In this document: one piece after another, positions 44,247 to 53,681 of the stretch
How the letters are laid out: each line of letters starts with the position of its first letter
Numbering within the stretch: position 1 is the stretch's first letter
Assembly: GCA_964552565.1 (NCBI GenBank)
Contig: CAZKGL010000001.1
Location: 435,061-499,060, forward strand
Direction: 5' to 3'
DNA length: 64,000 nucleotides
Source: an uncultured Gammaproteobacteria bacterium
GTDB taxonomy: Bacteria > Patescibacteriota > Patescibacteriia > UBA9934
Made by a program: the position numbers and the translations under genes
Notes under the pieces: generated by a model
Databases searched by the model: none
Told to the model about the DNA's origin: nothing
The model's input: the letters and a program-made list of their open reading frames with translations, nothing else

Positions 44247-45149
44247 TTACTTCTTTCCCTTCCCCCAGTGCTCGCTCATGACGAGGAGCGGGCTGGCGAG
44301 GAAGATGGACGAGTACGCACCGGCGGCGATACCGGCAAGGAGCGTCATGGCGAACGGTCGCGTCGACTCGCCGCCGAACACGACGATCGCGAGGACCGGC
44401 AGGAGCGTCGACAGCGTGGTGTTAATGGAGCGCGCGAGCGTTTCGTTGATGCTCTGGTTCACCGTTTCGCCGAAACTCGCGTGCCTGTGGCGGTTGCGGT
44501 ACAGGTTTTCGCGGGTGCGGTCGAACACCACGATGGTGTCGTTAATCGAGTAACCGAGGATGGTGAGGAGCGCGGCGACGAACGCGGTGTCGGCCTGGAA
44601 TCCGTAGATTTTGCCAAGGACCGCGAAGATGCCGAGCGGGATGATGACATCGTGGAACGCGCTGATGACCGTAATGACGCCGTACTTCCAGGACTCGACC
44701 GGCTGCGAGACGCGACGGAAGGCCCACGCGATATAGACCGCGATAAGGAGCAGGACGAGGATCATCGCGAACGTCGCCTTTTCCTTGAGCTCCTCACCCA
44801 CGACCGGGCCGACGGAATCGAAACGCTGTTCCTCGAGCTCGCCGAAACGCGTGCGGAGCGCGGCGAGGACCGCCTGGTGTTCTTCCTCGGTGACCGGACG
44901 GACACGGATCAGCGTGGAGCCGTCGTCGGCCTGCTGGATGACCGGTTCGTAACCGAGTTCGGCGACCGCCGCACGGACGTCTTCCTGCACCGGAACGGAA
45001 GTGAATTTCACCGACATGAGCGAGCCGCCGGTGAAGTCGATACCCGGGTTCACGCCGAAGCCGATGATTGCCGCGAGCGCAAGGACGACGATCGTCCCGG
45101 ACATCGCGAGCCAGACCTTGGAATGTGTGACGATGGAGAGGTTGGCCAT
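44247..45149 (-). CDS. secF: Protein translocase subunit SecF
   Basis: SecF periplasmic motif (GIDFTGGSL) and six-TM core; immediately downstream of secD. Confidence 0.85.
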   Translation of the reverse strand: MANLSIVTHSKVWLAMSGTIVVLALAAIIGFGVNPGIDFTGGSLMSVKFTSVPVQEDVRAAVAELGYEPVIQQADDGSTLIRVRPVTEEEHQAVLAALRTRFGELEEQRFDSVGPVVGEELKEKATFAMILVLLLIAVYIAWAFRRVSQPVESWKYGVITVISAFHDVIIPLGIFAVLGKIYGFQADTAFVAALLTILGYSINDTIVVFDRTRENLYRNRHRHASFGETVNQSINETLARSINTTLSTLLPVLAIVVFGGESTRPFAMTLLAGIAAGAYSSIFLASPLLVMSEHWGKGKK

Positions 45150-45153
45150 ACGG

Positions 45154-47175
45154 TTATTTGATGCCCAGGAAGAACAGCCGCTTGCGCAACGCCTGCGACC
45201 GGCTCACCGCGATGAGCAGCGAGCGCACGAGGACCAGCGCGCAGAAGAGCGAGACGAAGATACCGATCATGAGCGTCAGCGCGAATCCCTTGATGAAGCT
45301 CGTGCCCATCGTGAAGAGGATGAACGTCGCGATGAGCGTCGTCGTGTTGCCGTCGCGGATCGACGGCGTCGCGCGCAGGACCGCCTCCTCAACCGCGGTC
45401 GGCAGGTCGCGCCCGCTCCAGAGCTCTTCCTTCAAGCGCTCGAAGATCAGCACGTTTGCGTCCACCGCGATGCCGACCGAGAGCACGAAGCCCGCGATGC
45501 CCGACAACGTCACCGTGACGCCGAACACCTTGTACAGCGCGAGGTTGATGGCGCTGTAGACGAGGAGCGCGATGACGGCAAGGAAGCCCGGAAGGCGGTA
45601 GTACAGAATGAGGAATGCCGTAATGAGGGCGAACGCGATGAGGCCTGCCGTGATGCTCGCCTCAAGCGACGCCTGGCCGAGCGTCGGGCCGATCGTCTGC
45701 TGCGTGATGACCGAGATCGGCACCGGGAGCGCGCCGGCGTTCAGGCGCTGCGCAGTCTCCTTCGCCTCGACGACCGTGAACTGGCCGGTGATCTGCGCTT
45801 CGCCGCCGTAGATCGCCTGTTGCACGACCGGCGTCGTGACCGGCTCCCCGTCGAGGAAGATGCCGATGACCTGGCCGATGTTCGCTTCGGTGAGGTCCGC
45901 AAACAACTCCGCGCCCTCGCTGTTGAACGAGAGGAGGATGTACGGGGCGCCGGTGTTCGGGTCGAACGCGACCGAGGCGCTCTTCACATGCTTGCCCGAA
46001 AGCGCGGTGTTCTCCCACGGGTCGGCGTCGATGATGTCGGAGAGCGTCGTCCACGGCATCTCGACGTGCGCGAGTTCGTACGTCTTCACGGATTCGGAGC
46101 GCTCGCGGTAGATGAGGTGGTAGCCGAACTCCGTTTCGACCACGTCGGAGACCGTGCCGTCCTCCATGGCGAAGAGGGTGTCCTCAAACGACTGCACCAT
46201 CATTCCTTTGGTGACGGTGCCGAGGTCGCCTCCGGTGGAATTCGCGCCCGGCTCGTCCGAATTTGCCTTGGCGAGGTCGGTGAAGTTTTCCGTCGTCGCT
46301 TCCGTCTTGAGGCCGTCGATGAGGGCGCGCGCCTCTTCCTTGGAGCGCGTCTCGCCGCAGCGGGTCGCGCCGGCGTAACAAATGAGGATATGCGACGCAT
46401 CGACTTCCTCTTCGGCGCCCGTCCCCATGAAGTCGACGATGTGCATGCTCGACGCGCTCTCGTACAGGCCGTCAACGACGCCGGTGCGGCGGCCGAGGTC
46501 CTTCACGAGGTCCCCAAACACCTCGTCGTCCTCGCGGACCATGCCAAGGTAGCCGCCGGTGTCCTTGGTCGCGGTATCGATGGAAAATTCCGTCGCGAGG
46601 GCGGCGAAGTCCTCGCCGTCGAGCGCGCGGTCGAGCACCGCAAGCGCGGCGTCGCGCTCCGACTCCTGCGCAGCGTCAATCTGCGCCTGCTGCTCGGGCG
46701 TTGCCTCGGTCGGAACGTCCGCGGTTGGGGTTTTGAACTCCAGAACCGGCGTCTCGCCGATGATGCGCGTCGCTTCGGTCGCGTCCTGGATGCCCGGGAG
46801 CTCGATGATGACGCGGTAGTGCCCGTCGGCGATCGTCGTTTCCACGCGCGATTCGCTGACGCCGAGCGCGTTGGCGCGGCGTTCGATGACGTCGCGGACG
46901 CCTTCGAGCGCATCGGCGCGGTCGGCCTCCGGGATGGCGGACATGTCCGCCTCGTAGACGAGGTGCACGCCGCCGGAGAGGTCGAGGCCGAGGGTGAAGT
47001 CGGTGTCCGGGAACGTCGGCAGCGCAAACCCGATCTTCTCGCGGATCGCGGCCATGGCGTTATTCCACGGCGTCGGGAAGGCGGTGAAGCCGGCAAAGAA
47101 CAAGATTGCAAGTACCAGAGCCACGCGCAGCACACTCTGACGAGTGGAGCGCGCCATAATCGGTCGCAAAGGCAT
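45154..47175 (-). CDS. secD: Protein translocase subunit SecD with two parvulin-type PPIase domains in its periplasmic head region
   Basis: SecD N-terminal motif LGLDLSGGVHLVYEAD, P1-base and TM2-6 core; between them two parvulin signatures (GEDFAALATEFS...GGYLG...HIV and HILICYAG...FTDLAKANSDEPGANSTGGDLGTVTKGMMVQSFEDTLF...ETEFGYHLIY). Confidence 0.85.
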   Translation of the reverse strand: MPLRPIMARSTRQSVLRVALVLAILFFAGFTAFPTPWNNAMAAIREKIGFALPTFPDTDFTLGLDLSGGVHLVYEADMSAIPEADRADALEGVRDVIERRANALGVSESRVETTIADGHYRVIIELPGIQDATEATRIIGETPVLEFKTPTADVPTEATPEQQAQIDAAQESERDAALAVLDRALDGEDFAALATEFSIDTATKDTGGYLGMVREDDEVFGDLVKDLGRRTGVVDGLYESASSMHIVDFMGTGAEEEVDASHILICYAGATRCGETRSKEEARALIDGLKTEATTENFTDLAKANSDEPGANSTGGDLGTVTKGMMVQSFEDTLFAMEDGTVSDVVETEFGYHLIYRERSESVKTYELAHVEMPWTTLSDIIDADPWENTALSGKHVKSASVAFDPNTGAPYILLSFNSEGAELFADLTEANIGQVIGIFLDGEPVTTPVVQQAIYGGEAQITGQFTVVEAKETAQRLNAGALPVPISVITQQTIGPTLGQASLEASITAGLIAFALITAFLILYYRLPGFLAVIALLVYSAINLALYKVFGVTVTLSGIAGFVLSVGIAVDANVLIFERLKEELWSGRDLPTAVEEAVLRATPSIRDGNTTTLIATFILFTMGTSFIKGFALTLMIGIFVSLFCALVLVRSLLIAVSRSQALRKRLFFLGIK

Positions 47176-47258
47176 AGTGGCCGCATTCTAAGCCAAATGG
47201 CATGTCTCTACAAGCCGCGTCGGCGCGAAGCTATACACAGCCGAAAAAGACGGAACGA

Positions 47259-47267
47259 TGCTATACT
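47259..47267 (+). promoter_or_regulatory. Extended -10 element TGCTATACT upstream of the 47291 gene
   Basis: Motif lies 24 nt upstream of ATG 47291; the listed ORF start (47258) lies inside or at this promoter, so 47291 is preferred. Confidence 0.45.
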
Positions 47268-47290
47268 TGGTGCAACGTTTTTACATCCTT

Positions 47291-49339
47291 ATGGGAAAGA
47301 AAGGAACAACGGTCGAAGGTGGGCTCGCCGGGCTTGGCGCAGCCATTGAAGCACAGGGGAAGCAGGCGGCCGCACCGGCGCCCGAGGCGGCTCCGGCAAA
47401 AGCGCCGGCGGCAAAGGCGGAAAAAAAACCCGCGCAACCTCCCGCGCCGAAAAAGAAGGCAGCCCCAGCGCCCGCACCGGCGTCGGAAGTCAAAAAGGCT
47501 GCTCCGCGCTCCGCGCGCCAGGAACGGCAGGCCAGTGCGACGACGCCGCAACGGGTGGAAACTGCGCCCGAGGCGGCACGGCGCGTGATGCGCGAAGCTC
47601 AAGAACTGCGTGACCGTGAGTATAGGGATGCAACCGCGCTCTTTGAGGAAACGCGTGCGGGAATCCAGGAAATCGATGGCGGCGACCCTCGCATCCAAAA
47701 GCTCCCTGAAACGAAGGCGCTCCGTGCCAAACTCTTCAAGGCAAACGAAGGGGCGCTGCGCGAGATGACGCAGTATGAGTACCACATGCTCTTGCCCGAC
47801 CTCGCGGCCGAGCTTCAGCGTATTGATGCGGCACGTGCGGGTAACATGGAAGATGAGGATTTGAAACGGCGTGCACACGAAGTCAATGAGCTCATTAACG
47901 ACATCGACGATCGGGCGGCGCAGTTCAAGATTGGTGAGTACGCGGTAAAGAAGGAGAAAAAGGCCGCGGCTCCAACGGAAGTCGCCCCGGAACCTGCGCC
48001 AAAGGCCGAGGTGGCTCCGGCGCCCGCTGAACCCAAGGTCGAAGAACTCGACACGGATACGCTCATCGCCAAGGAGCGCGAGCGGCGCGAAGCGGAGATT
48101 ACGGCCGCGCAGGCCGAGCTCGCAGGCATTGAACCCGACATCGCGAAGCTGAGCGCCATCCCGAAGCGCGAACGCACGCTTGCCATGCAGCAGCGGCTCG
48201 ACCAGCTTGAAGCGCGGTCGTTGGAATTGAAGAAGGCGTTGCCGGCTGCAGAGGCGGTCGTGGAACAAACCCCAGACCTCGGTCCGGAAGCGAAGAAGTA
48301 TCTCGGCGCCATCGAAAAGGTCCGCAAGAGCGCAACAGGCCTGCGCGAATTGAGCGAAGGTTTCTTGAACGAAAAGGCCGCGGTCGTCGCCGCGAACGCG
48401 GAGATCGCACGCAACCATGAAACAGTCGAGGCGACGTTCACCGCGCTGCGCGACGATATCAATGAGAAGCTGAAGGCGCTGCCAGACTACATGAAAGACG
48501 CCCTCTCCGCGGCGGTCGGCAGCAAGCGTGCACCGAAGGATGCTGGGCAGCTGACAAAGCTGAAAATGTGGTTCGATGCCTGGAAGGGCAAAGTGAAGCC
48601 GGGTTTCTGGAGAAAAAACTTCGGTGACTGGGATTACGAGAAGATCCAGGAGCTGGAGGCGATGGCCGAGGATCCGCGCATTGCGGAAATGGAGGCCCTG
48701 GAACAGCAGAACGACGAGATCCGCCTCCGCGGCGTATCGAGCGAACAGGAGCAGCATCGGTACATTACGAAGATCGAGGAGTACGCCTCCGCGATGGCGA
48801 ACGAAGTCCCCGCCGTTCCTGAGGGGCTCACAAAGGATGAACAGGCCGCAATAAAGGCGACGTTCGACGAGATCAACCGCGAGATGAACCTCGTGAAGCT
48901 CCCTTCCGAAGTCAGCCGAGCGGCGTCACGCAACGTCGAAAAGTTCTTCAAGAACATGGGCCATGAACGCGACCTCGCCAGCGGGAAGATGACGCCAGAG
49001 CAGGCGCGCGAAAAGAAGGCGGCAGAGCACGTCCCGGAGGTCATGAAGCTGTCGGAAGATGTCGATATCGAGTTCCGGCTCCTCGACTTGGCCAAGAGCT
49101 ACGGCAGCGCGCTGCAGGGAATGAAAAAGGAATCCCCGCATTACGCGGAAACCTGGGCGAAGAAGCATGCCCTCGAATTCCTCGCGCATCGCAAGTACGT
49201 CGCAAAAGGATTCTTCATGGCAGACATCCAAAAAGCGGCAAAACGCGACCTCGGCGCCGAACTCGACCGTGCGACCATCGAGGAAGCCTGGGCGCACGCC
49301 TTCCAGATCAACCGCGACACCGCGCTTGCCGCGGCGTAA
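47291..49339 (+). CDS. Hypothetical large protein (~682 aa) with an Ala/Pro/Lys-rich low-complexity N-terminus and long predicted coiled-coil regions
   Basis: AAPAPEAAPAKAPAAKAEKKPAQPPAPKKKAAPAPAPA then heptad-like charged helices; no family recognised. Confidence 0.55.
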   Translation: MGKKGTTVEGGLAGLGAAIEAQGKQAAAPAPEAAPAKAPAAKAEKKPAQPPAPKKKAAPAPAPASEVKKAAPRSARQERQASATTPQRVETAPEAARRVMREAQELRDREYRDATALFEETRAGIQEIDGGDPRIQKLPETKALRAKLFKANEGALREMTQYEYHMLLPDLAAELQRIDAARAGNMEDEDLKRRAHEVNELINDIDDRAAQFKIGEYAVKKEKKAAAPTEVAPEPAPKAEVAPAPAEPKVEELDTDTLIAKERERREAEITAAQAELAGIEPDIAKLSAIPKRERTLAMQQRLDQLEARSLELKKALPAAEAVVEQTPDLGPEAKKYLGAIEKVRKSATGLRELSEGFLNEKAAVVAANAEIARNHETVEATFTALRDDINEKLKALPDYMKDALSAAVGSKRAPKDAGQLTKLKMWFDAWKGKVKPGFWRKNFGDWDYEKIQELEAMAEDPRIAEMEALEQQNDEIRLRGVSSEQEQHRYITKIEEYASAMANEVPAVPEGLTKDEQAAIKATFDEINREMNLVKLPSEVSRAASRNVEKFFKNMGHERDLASGKMTPEQAREKKAAEHVPEVMKLSEDVDIEFRLLDLAKSYGSALQGMKKESPHYAETWAKKHALEFLAHRKYVAKGFFMADIQKAAKRDLGAELDRATIEEAWAHAFQINRDTALAAA

Positions 49340-49384
49340 GACACAACAAAACGATGTCCGTCCGGACATCGTTTTGTGTACTGG

Positions 49385-49732
49385 CTATTCTTTTTTGAAC
49401 CGCACCGAGAACGCCGGCACCCACTTCACATTCGCGTCATCGACGATCTCGACGTTTTCGTTTGCAAGAAATTTGTTGAGCGCGATATCGGCGAGCATCT
49501 CTTGGTCGCCTTTGATGTCCGCCTTCAGCGCCTCGATCTCCGTGATGTCGCCCGGCGAACGGACTTCGTTTTCGATCGACTTCTTTTCCTCGCGCAACTT
49601 CTGCAGTTCTTCCACAATCTCCTGATAGCGCGGGTGGACCGAGAGCTCATCCTGGAATGACTTGTTCAAATCCCGCCGCTTGCGCTTCTTCTCCTGTAAC
49701 CGCTTGTAAACCGCTTCGAGGGTGTTCGACAT
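49385..49732 (-). CDS. Hypothetical small coiled-coil protein (115 aa)
   Basis: Charged helical sequence (LQEKKRKRRDLNKSFQDELSV...LQKLREEKKSIENE); weak call. Confidence 0.4.
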   Translation of the reverse strand: MSNTLEAVYKRLQEKKRKRRDLNKSFQDELSVHPRYQEIVEELQKLREEKKSIENEVRSPGDITEIEALKADIKGDQEMLADIALNKFLANENVEIVDDANVKWVPAFSVRFKKE

Positions 49733-49826
49733 AGCAAAAAGAGTGAATCAGCGGGCGTCATTATACCACGTCGAGCCCCGCCCGACGTAACGCAAAAAAG
49801 AGCCGGCCGGCTCTTTTTGCGGACAG

Positions 49827-50450
49827 TTACTTGAGCAACTGCAGTCCGAAGTGATAGTTGCCAACGATGCGCTCGGCGGCCTGCTTGTCCTTCACGACAT
49901 ACAGGCCCGCCATCGTGAACATTGCGTCGTCGCCATTCTTGCTCGAGCCCGCCTTCTCCGCCTGGTCGAGGAAATAGCGGATCTTCACCGTCCCAGCCGG
50001 AACCTTGAACACGCCCGAGCTCACGGTCCATTCTCCGCTTTTCGCGTCCTTCCGGATGGTCGCCTGCCCCTTAAAGCGGCTCATGATCTTCCCGTCGGCG
50101 CCCATGGCGTAGCCGTGAATGACCGGCAGGCCGGTGATGTCGTTCGCGCGGACGGTCTCGGCCTTGGTGTACGCGACAAACACGACGTGCTCGCCGGCGC
50201 GGCCGCTGACCGCAACATCCTTATACGCCTGCTCGGACTCGCTCCCGTTCTCGGTGAGCGTCACCGTTCCGTCGCTTGCAACGCTGACCCCGCCCTGTGT
50301 CACCCAGTTTCCGGGAGCCAAAAGGTTGACCGGCGCGGTCATGTGGCGGAACCGGGGGGTATGCTCCCCTTTTGCCCACGCGGCGGCCGGAGAAAGCGAA
50401 AACGCGCCAAGCAGCGCGATCACACCTGCCTTTACGAGCGGAAGTTGCAT
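49827..50450 (-). CDS. Hypothetical secreted protein (~207 aa)
   Basis: Signal peptide MQLPLVKAGVIALLGAFSLSPAAAWA; ATG at 50448-50450. Confidence 0.5.
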   Translation of the reverse strand: MQLPLVKAGVIALLGAFSLSPAAAWAKGEHTPRFRHMTAPVNLLAPGNWVTQGGVSVASDGTVTLTENGSESEQAYKDVAVSGRAGEHVVFVAYTKAETVRANDITGLPVIHGYAMGADGKIMSRFKGQATIRKDAKSGEWTVSSGVFKVPAGTVKIRYFLDQAEKAGSSKNGDDAMFTMAGLYVVKDKQAAERIVGNYHFGLQLLK

Positions 50451-50494
50451 AGCAAACACGTTAAGGTTCTTGAACTTCATTCATAGCACAGCCG

Positions 50495-51094
50495 CTAGCG
50501 CTTCTTCCAGTCCCCGCCCCGAAAACGGTTACGTGGAGCCAAAAAATGCCAGTCGTGCGGATTGGCGGCGACGAGCGCTTTCCTGAGCTTCTTCGCCGAG
50601 GCGGTGTAGAGCTTCGGCGGGAGGTAGGTGTCGCGGTTTTCCTTCCAGAGGTCGCGCAGCGCGATGCCCTGCGCATGCGCCTCGCGCAGTTCCAGGTCGA
50701 CGTCGAGGTTGTCGGCGTCCTTCACGACCTGCGCCGCCTTCGTCTTCCGCTCCTCGTATTCGCGGAGGACCTCCCGCATGTCCTCCTCGTGGATGGTGTC
50801 AGCAAGCATGTCCCCGATCGCCGCATGCTCGTCGCGCGTCACATACTGCCGCTGGACGTAGTTGACGTCCCCGCAGCGGCTCTCGGCAAGGTCGTGGATG
50901 AGCGCCATCTTGAGCACCTTCTCATGGTCGCGCACCTTTTCCATCCGCGCCAACGTCAATGCAATCCACGCGACGCGGAACGCGTGCTCGGCGTTGTTCG
51001 CCGCGCCGGGGTAGAGGAAGTGCTTCCACGTGCGGTCGACGAACCGGAACGCGCTCGCCTCGTACAAAAACTCGATGTCGCGCTTCATCGTCAT
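50495..51094 (-). CDS. HD-domain phosphohydrolase (YfbR-like 5'-deoxynucleotidase family)
   Basis: HD motif (ALIHDLAESRCGDVNY) plus upstream His; ATG at 51092-51094, adjacent to the Nudix gene stop. Confidence 0.7.
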   Translation of the reverse strand: MTMKRDIEFLYEASAFRFVDRTWKHFLYPGAANNAEHAFRVAWIALTLARMEKVRDHEKVLKMALIHDLAESRCGDVNYVQRQYVTRDEHAAIGDMLADTIHEEDMREVLREYEERKTKAAQVVKDADNLDVDLELREAHAQGIALRDLWKENRDTYLPPKLYTASAKKLRKALVAANPHDWHFLAPRNRFRGGDWKKR

Positions 51095-51522
51095 AGGCCG
51101 AAAAACATGCGTACCAACGTGTCGTTGTCTTTCACGAGCGTCATGCCGAGCGCCTCGTGGGGCGTCGCCCAGCACGCGTCCTTGTGCTCTGCGGGGCTCA
51201 CGACGAGCTCGGGAAGATGTTCGAGATCGAGCGCGAACTCGTGGAAGATAAAATCGTATTGCGGGTAGCGGACATAGACCGTCTGCGCAAACCGATAGCG
51301 ATCCGGCGGCATCGTGATGCCCGTTTCCTCGCCGACTTCACGCGCGATGGCCGCGTCGAGCGCCTCGCCCTTGCCGATCTTCCCACCCGGCGTCCCCCAC
51401 TTGTTGCCTTCGTCCTTGTCGTCATTGCGCAGGAGCAACAGGAACTTGCCGCCGTGCTGGACGTAGCAACTGACGACCTCAAACTTCGGCTGGAACGCCT
51501 CGGGCGGCAAAGTGTGGATCAT
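51091..51522 (-). CDS. NUDIX hydrolase
   Basis: Nudix box GGKIGKGEALDAAIAREVGEETGI (GX5EX7REUXEEXGU). Confidence 0.8.
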   Translation of the reverse strand: MIHTLPPEAFQPKFEVVSCYVQHGGKFLLLLRNDDKDEGNKWGTPGGKIGKGEALDAAIAREVGEETGITMPPDRYRFAQTVYVRYPQYDFIFHEFALDLEHLPELVVSPAEHKDACWATPHEALGMTLVKDNDTLVRMFFGL

Positions 51523-52079
51523 ACGACCGCCGCAAGGGCTTCAGGAAGCTCGGTAATGCCGTTGTCTTCGGTGATATGTCCGTGGTTCGGCAGGACGGAG
51601 ATCGCCGCGAGCGGGAATTCGCCGACGAACAGCCGGACGTTTTCCTTGAGCGGGACGTGCGGATCATCATCCGAGAAGATGAGGGAGAGCTTTGGGCAGT
51701 GCGCGCGCACGGACTCGAAATCAATGGGCGTCTCGAGCCACGGTTTCGCGACCGCCTGCTCTTCTTCGCCCTCAAGGCCGGTGAGGTGGAGCCACGGCGC
51801 AACGAGCACCGCCTGCGCGACCGGTGTGTTGATGGACGCGAGGTAGCGCAGCACCGCCTGGCAGCCGATGCTGTGCCCAATCAAGACGAGCTGATCGTCG
51901 GTTTCGCCGACCGCATCCGAAAGCGATTTCGCCCACGCATCGATGGTCGGGTTATCGGCGTCGGGGATGGTCGGCGTCAGCACGGTGAATCCCTTTGCTT
52001 CGAGCTCCCCGCGGAGCCACGGATACCAGTCGCTCTCCGGCGACCCGCTCCAACGGTGGACGATAACGGCACGCTGCAT
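51519..52079 (-). CDS. Small alpha/beta serine hydrolase (RBBP9/YdeN-like, ~186 aa)
   Basis: Nucleophile elbow LIGHSIGCQ; size and motif spacing fit the YdeN family; probable start MQRAVIVHRWSG at 52077-52079. Confidence 0.6.
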   Translation of the reverse strand: MQRAVIVHRWSGSPESDWYPWLRGELEAKGFTVLTPTIPDADNPTIDAWAKSLSDAVGETDDQLVLIGHSIGCQAVLRYLASINTPVAQAVLVAPWLHLTGLEGEEEQAVAKPWLETPIDFESVRAHCPKLSLIFSDDDPHVPLKENVRLFVGEFPLAAISVLPNHGHITEDNGITELPEALAAVV

Positions 52080-52093
52080 ATGGGATGAGTCTA

Positions 52094-52291
52094 TCACGCA
52101 GTGAAGTCTGCCTGCCATTCGGGGTTCAGTTCGTCGAATGTATTGCGGCAATGCGGACAGACGACGTGCAGCATGATGCCGCGCGCATCGTCGCGAACCG
52201 TACCGTCCCATACCGCCATCTTGCCGCAGTTCGGACATTCGGAGCGATAGCGGCCTGTCGGAAGGCGGTTTGTATATGGCGCGTTCTCCAT
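52094..52291 (-). CDS. Small zinc-ribbon protein (65 aa)
   Basis: CPNCGK...CPHCRN, a four-Cys zinc ribbon. Confidence 0.45.
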   Translation of the reverse strand: MENAPYTNRLPTGRYRSECPNCGKMAVWDGTVRDDARGIMLHVVCPHCRNTFDELNPEWQADFTA

Positions 52292-52293
52292 AC

Positions 52294-52734
52294 TTATGCG
52301 AGAGCAAGTTTCTGTTTTGTAAATCCAAAATGCTCTTCATCGATGAGTTCGATGAGACTCGGCCGGAGCACATACCATGCGTCGCCCTGCAGGACGTCGT
52401 CCTCGGGCGCGGGCGCTGGCTTGTTGCGTTTGGCGAAGTGCTTCACGGCAAGGTCGTGGCGCGGTCCGTCGATTTTCTCCGCCATGCCCGCAACCTGCAC
52501 GCCGAGGTTCATGTCGCCCCGCGCGTTCGCGGTAATGCTCACCGCAACACGCGCATCGTTCGCGATGGCTTTCGAATGCCGGACGTCGGGGTCGGACATC
52601 CAATACACGTTCAGATCATCGTCGAAGACGTAGATGACGTCGCTCACCCACGGTCCGCCGTCATCGACGGTCGCAAGGCTCATGAGGTAGCCGCGTTCCA
52701 GCGCAAGCCGGACGCGCGCACGGATGTCGGTCAT
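52294..52734 (-). CDS. Pyridoxamine 5'-phosphate oxidase-like FMN-binding split-barrel protein
   Basis: PNPOx-like pattern (LMSLATVDDGGPWVSDVIYVFDDDLNVYWMSDPDVRHSKAI...VAVSIT); ATG at 52732-52734 (the listed ORF starts at an upstream TTG). Confidence 0.55.
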   Translation of the reverse strand: MTDIRARVRLALERGYLMSLATVDDGGPWVSDVIYVFDDDLNVYWMSDPDVRHSKAIANDARVAVSITANARGDMNLGVQVAGMAEKIDGPRHDLAVKHFAKRNKPAPAPEDDVLQGDAWYVLRPSLIELIDEEHFGFTKQKLALA

Positions 52735-52807
52735 AGATGCACATACTCTACCAGCGGCGACCAGACTCGACAATGTTCGTAGAACCTGCTAGCGTATCGC
52801 GCTGGAG

Positions 52808-53173
52808 GTGAGCATGGCTCGGTATTATCGGCCGAAAAACCGAGTCCCGAGCTGGCACCTCCGTAAGGCCAGCTACCGGGACTTCCTTGACGGGCATAAG
52901 TGCATTTTTCTCTTCCCGGCAACGGCGTTTTTCATCCGACTTGAGCGCGGGATGGATGTGCACCTCATGAACGGCAGTCACCGAACGCTGTGCCGCGTCG
53001 TCGCGAAACGCTTCTACCGCAGCCTGGAGGAGGCGGTCGAACACGAGGACCTGGAAAAAATCTGCCACGGTGACGCGGCGCAAGTCCTCGGATCGCTCGA
53101 CCGCGTGTACCACCACTCCATCTGGGACTCCGGCGCGTACGCCTTCGAGTTCGTCGTCATCAACAACTCCTGA
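52808..53173 (+). CDS. Hypothetical protein (121 aa)
   Basis: GTG at 52808 or ATG at 52814; no family. Confidence 0.4.
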   Translation: MSMARYYRPKNRVPSWHLRKASYRDFLDGHKCIFLFPATAFFIRLERGMDVHLMNGSHRTLCRVVAKRFYRSLEEAVEHEDLEKICHGDAAQVLGSLDRVYHHSIWDSGAYAFEFVVINNS

Positions 53174-53248
53174 ATACGCGCACCGCGCCGGGTTCTCCGG
53201 CGCGGTTCGTCATATCCTGCGACACCGCCTCGCGGGCGGTGTTGTTCG

Positions 53249-53566
53249 TTACTCGCGCTGATCGGCCGGTGCGTTCGCGTAATGCGCGGCGGTTTCAAAT
53301 GCGCCATCGACAGCGTCATTGATCGCATCCAGGACCCACGGGTTGGCTTCGATCGCCTTTTTCGCCTGTTCGGTAACGGCTGCCCGCAACTCGTCGGGAG
53401 TCATGCGGTCAGCCATGTCGCGGATCTGCAAGTAGATGGAATCTTTCACCTCTTCTCGCTTCGCCTCGTCCATCGGCTGCGCAAACTGCTCCATCATCGG
53501 GCCGAACTCACGACGAATATACATCGCAAGCTCCTGTTTCGGGTCACCCATGCGCTCACCTTCCAT
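53249..53566 (-). CDS. Hypothetical protein (105 aa)
   Basis: ATG at 53564-53566; helical, charged; no family. Confidence 0.4.
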   Translation of the reverse strand: MEGERMGDPKQELAMYIRREFGPMMEQFAQPMDEAKREEVKDSIYLQIRDMADRMTPDELRAAVTEQAKKAIEANPWVLDAINDAVDGAFETAAHYANAPADQRE

Positions 53567-53681
53567 ACTGGCATCGTAAATACTGATGACGCAAGTTTAC
53601 ACCACCCGCTGCCTGGTTGGTGTGCATAACTCAACGCCGCCTCCGGGCCAGCCCAGCTGGTTCCAAAGGCGGCGTCGCCTG

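Noticed and set aside
38358-47349. Long + strand ORFs 38358-39536, 40968-42995 and 45001-47349
   Set aside because: Antisense to the methyltransferase and membrane genes, to the T4CP-like ATPase and to secD respectively; shadow ORFs of high-GC sequence.
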